From NCBI RefSeq assembly GCF_004010195.1, contig NC_057718.1, positions 6,815,267 through 6,835,266 on the forward strand: 20,000 bases of DNA. Direction: 5' to 3'. The notes below the pieces were generated by a model. The model ran no database searches. It was not told where the DNA came from and saw nothing but the letters and a program-made list of their open reading frames with translations. A program made the position numbers and the translations under genes. The stretch comes from Chiloscyllium plagiosum (taxonomy: Eukaryota). Positions 19,695 through 20,000 of this stretch are shown here, piece by piece (the stretch's first letter is position 1; each line of letters opens with the position of its first letter).

Positions 19695-20000
19695 TGAGAA
19701 AGTGAGGACTGCAAATGCTGGAGACCAGAGTTGCAAAGTGTGGTGCTGGAAAAACGTGGCAGGCCAGTCAGCATCGGAGGAGCAGGAAAATTGACGTTTC
19801 GGGCATAAGCCCTTCTTCAGGAATGAGACTGGTGTGCCAAGTGGGCTGAGATAAAAGGTGGGGCGAGGAATTTGGGGGAGGGGCGCTGGGAATACAATAG
19901 GTGGAAGGAGGTGAGGGTGAGGGTGATAGGCCGAAGAGGGGGTGGGGGCGGAGAGGTCGGGAAGAAGATTGCAGATCAAGAAGGCGGTGCTGAGTCCGAG
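19695..20000 (-). mobile_element. Penelope-like element 3'/pLTR region, running off the window end
   Basis: Family body plus the longest C-rich leader in the window, with a hammerhead core at 19793-19820. Confidence 0.75.
19793..19820 (-). ncRNA. Minimal type I hammerhead ribozyme core (Penelope-type), intact
   Basis: Minus strand CTGAAGA-A-GGGC-TTAT-GCCC-GAAA-CGTC. Confidence 0.6.

Overview
Repeat-dominated eukaryotic DNA, almost certainly from an elasmobranch (shark or ray), because it holds five HE1-type tRNA-derived V-SINEs and many HER1/CR1 LINE pieces. Most of the window is nested retroelement debris: CR1 LINEs (including a young, disabled APE-RT ORF2 at 15933-18747 with an assembly gap), a Rex1/Babar LINE, Zenon/L2-like and L2 fragments, and SINEs. 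The strongest signal is about 14 short Penelope-like (pLTR-derived) elements, most retaining a minimal hammerhead-ribozyme-like core (CTGANGA-A-stem II-GAAA-CGTC), intact at 5134 and 19793. Some are inserted as head-to-head hairpins with target-site duplications. Also present are a perfect 66-unit (ATAGACA)n array grown from a CR1 tail and an ~800 bp inverted duplication/triplication (13529-14330). Two in-phase candidate + strand coding exons (2-49 and 19157-19300) would make nearly the whole window one ~19.1 kb intron. Family names come from remembered motifs, not database searches. Boundaries of old fragments are approximate.
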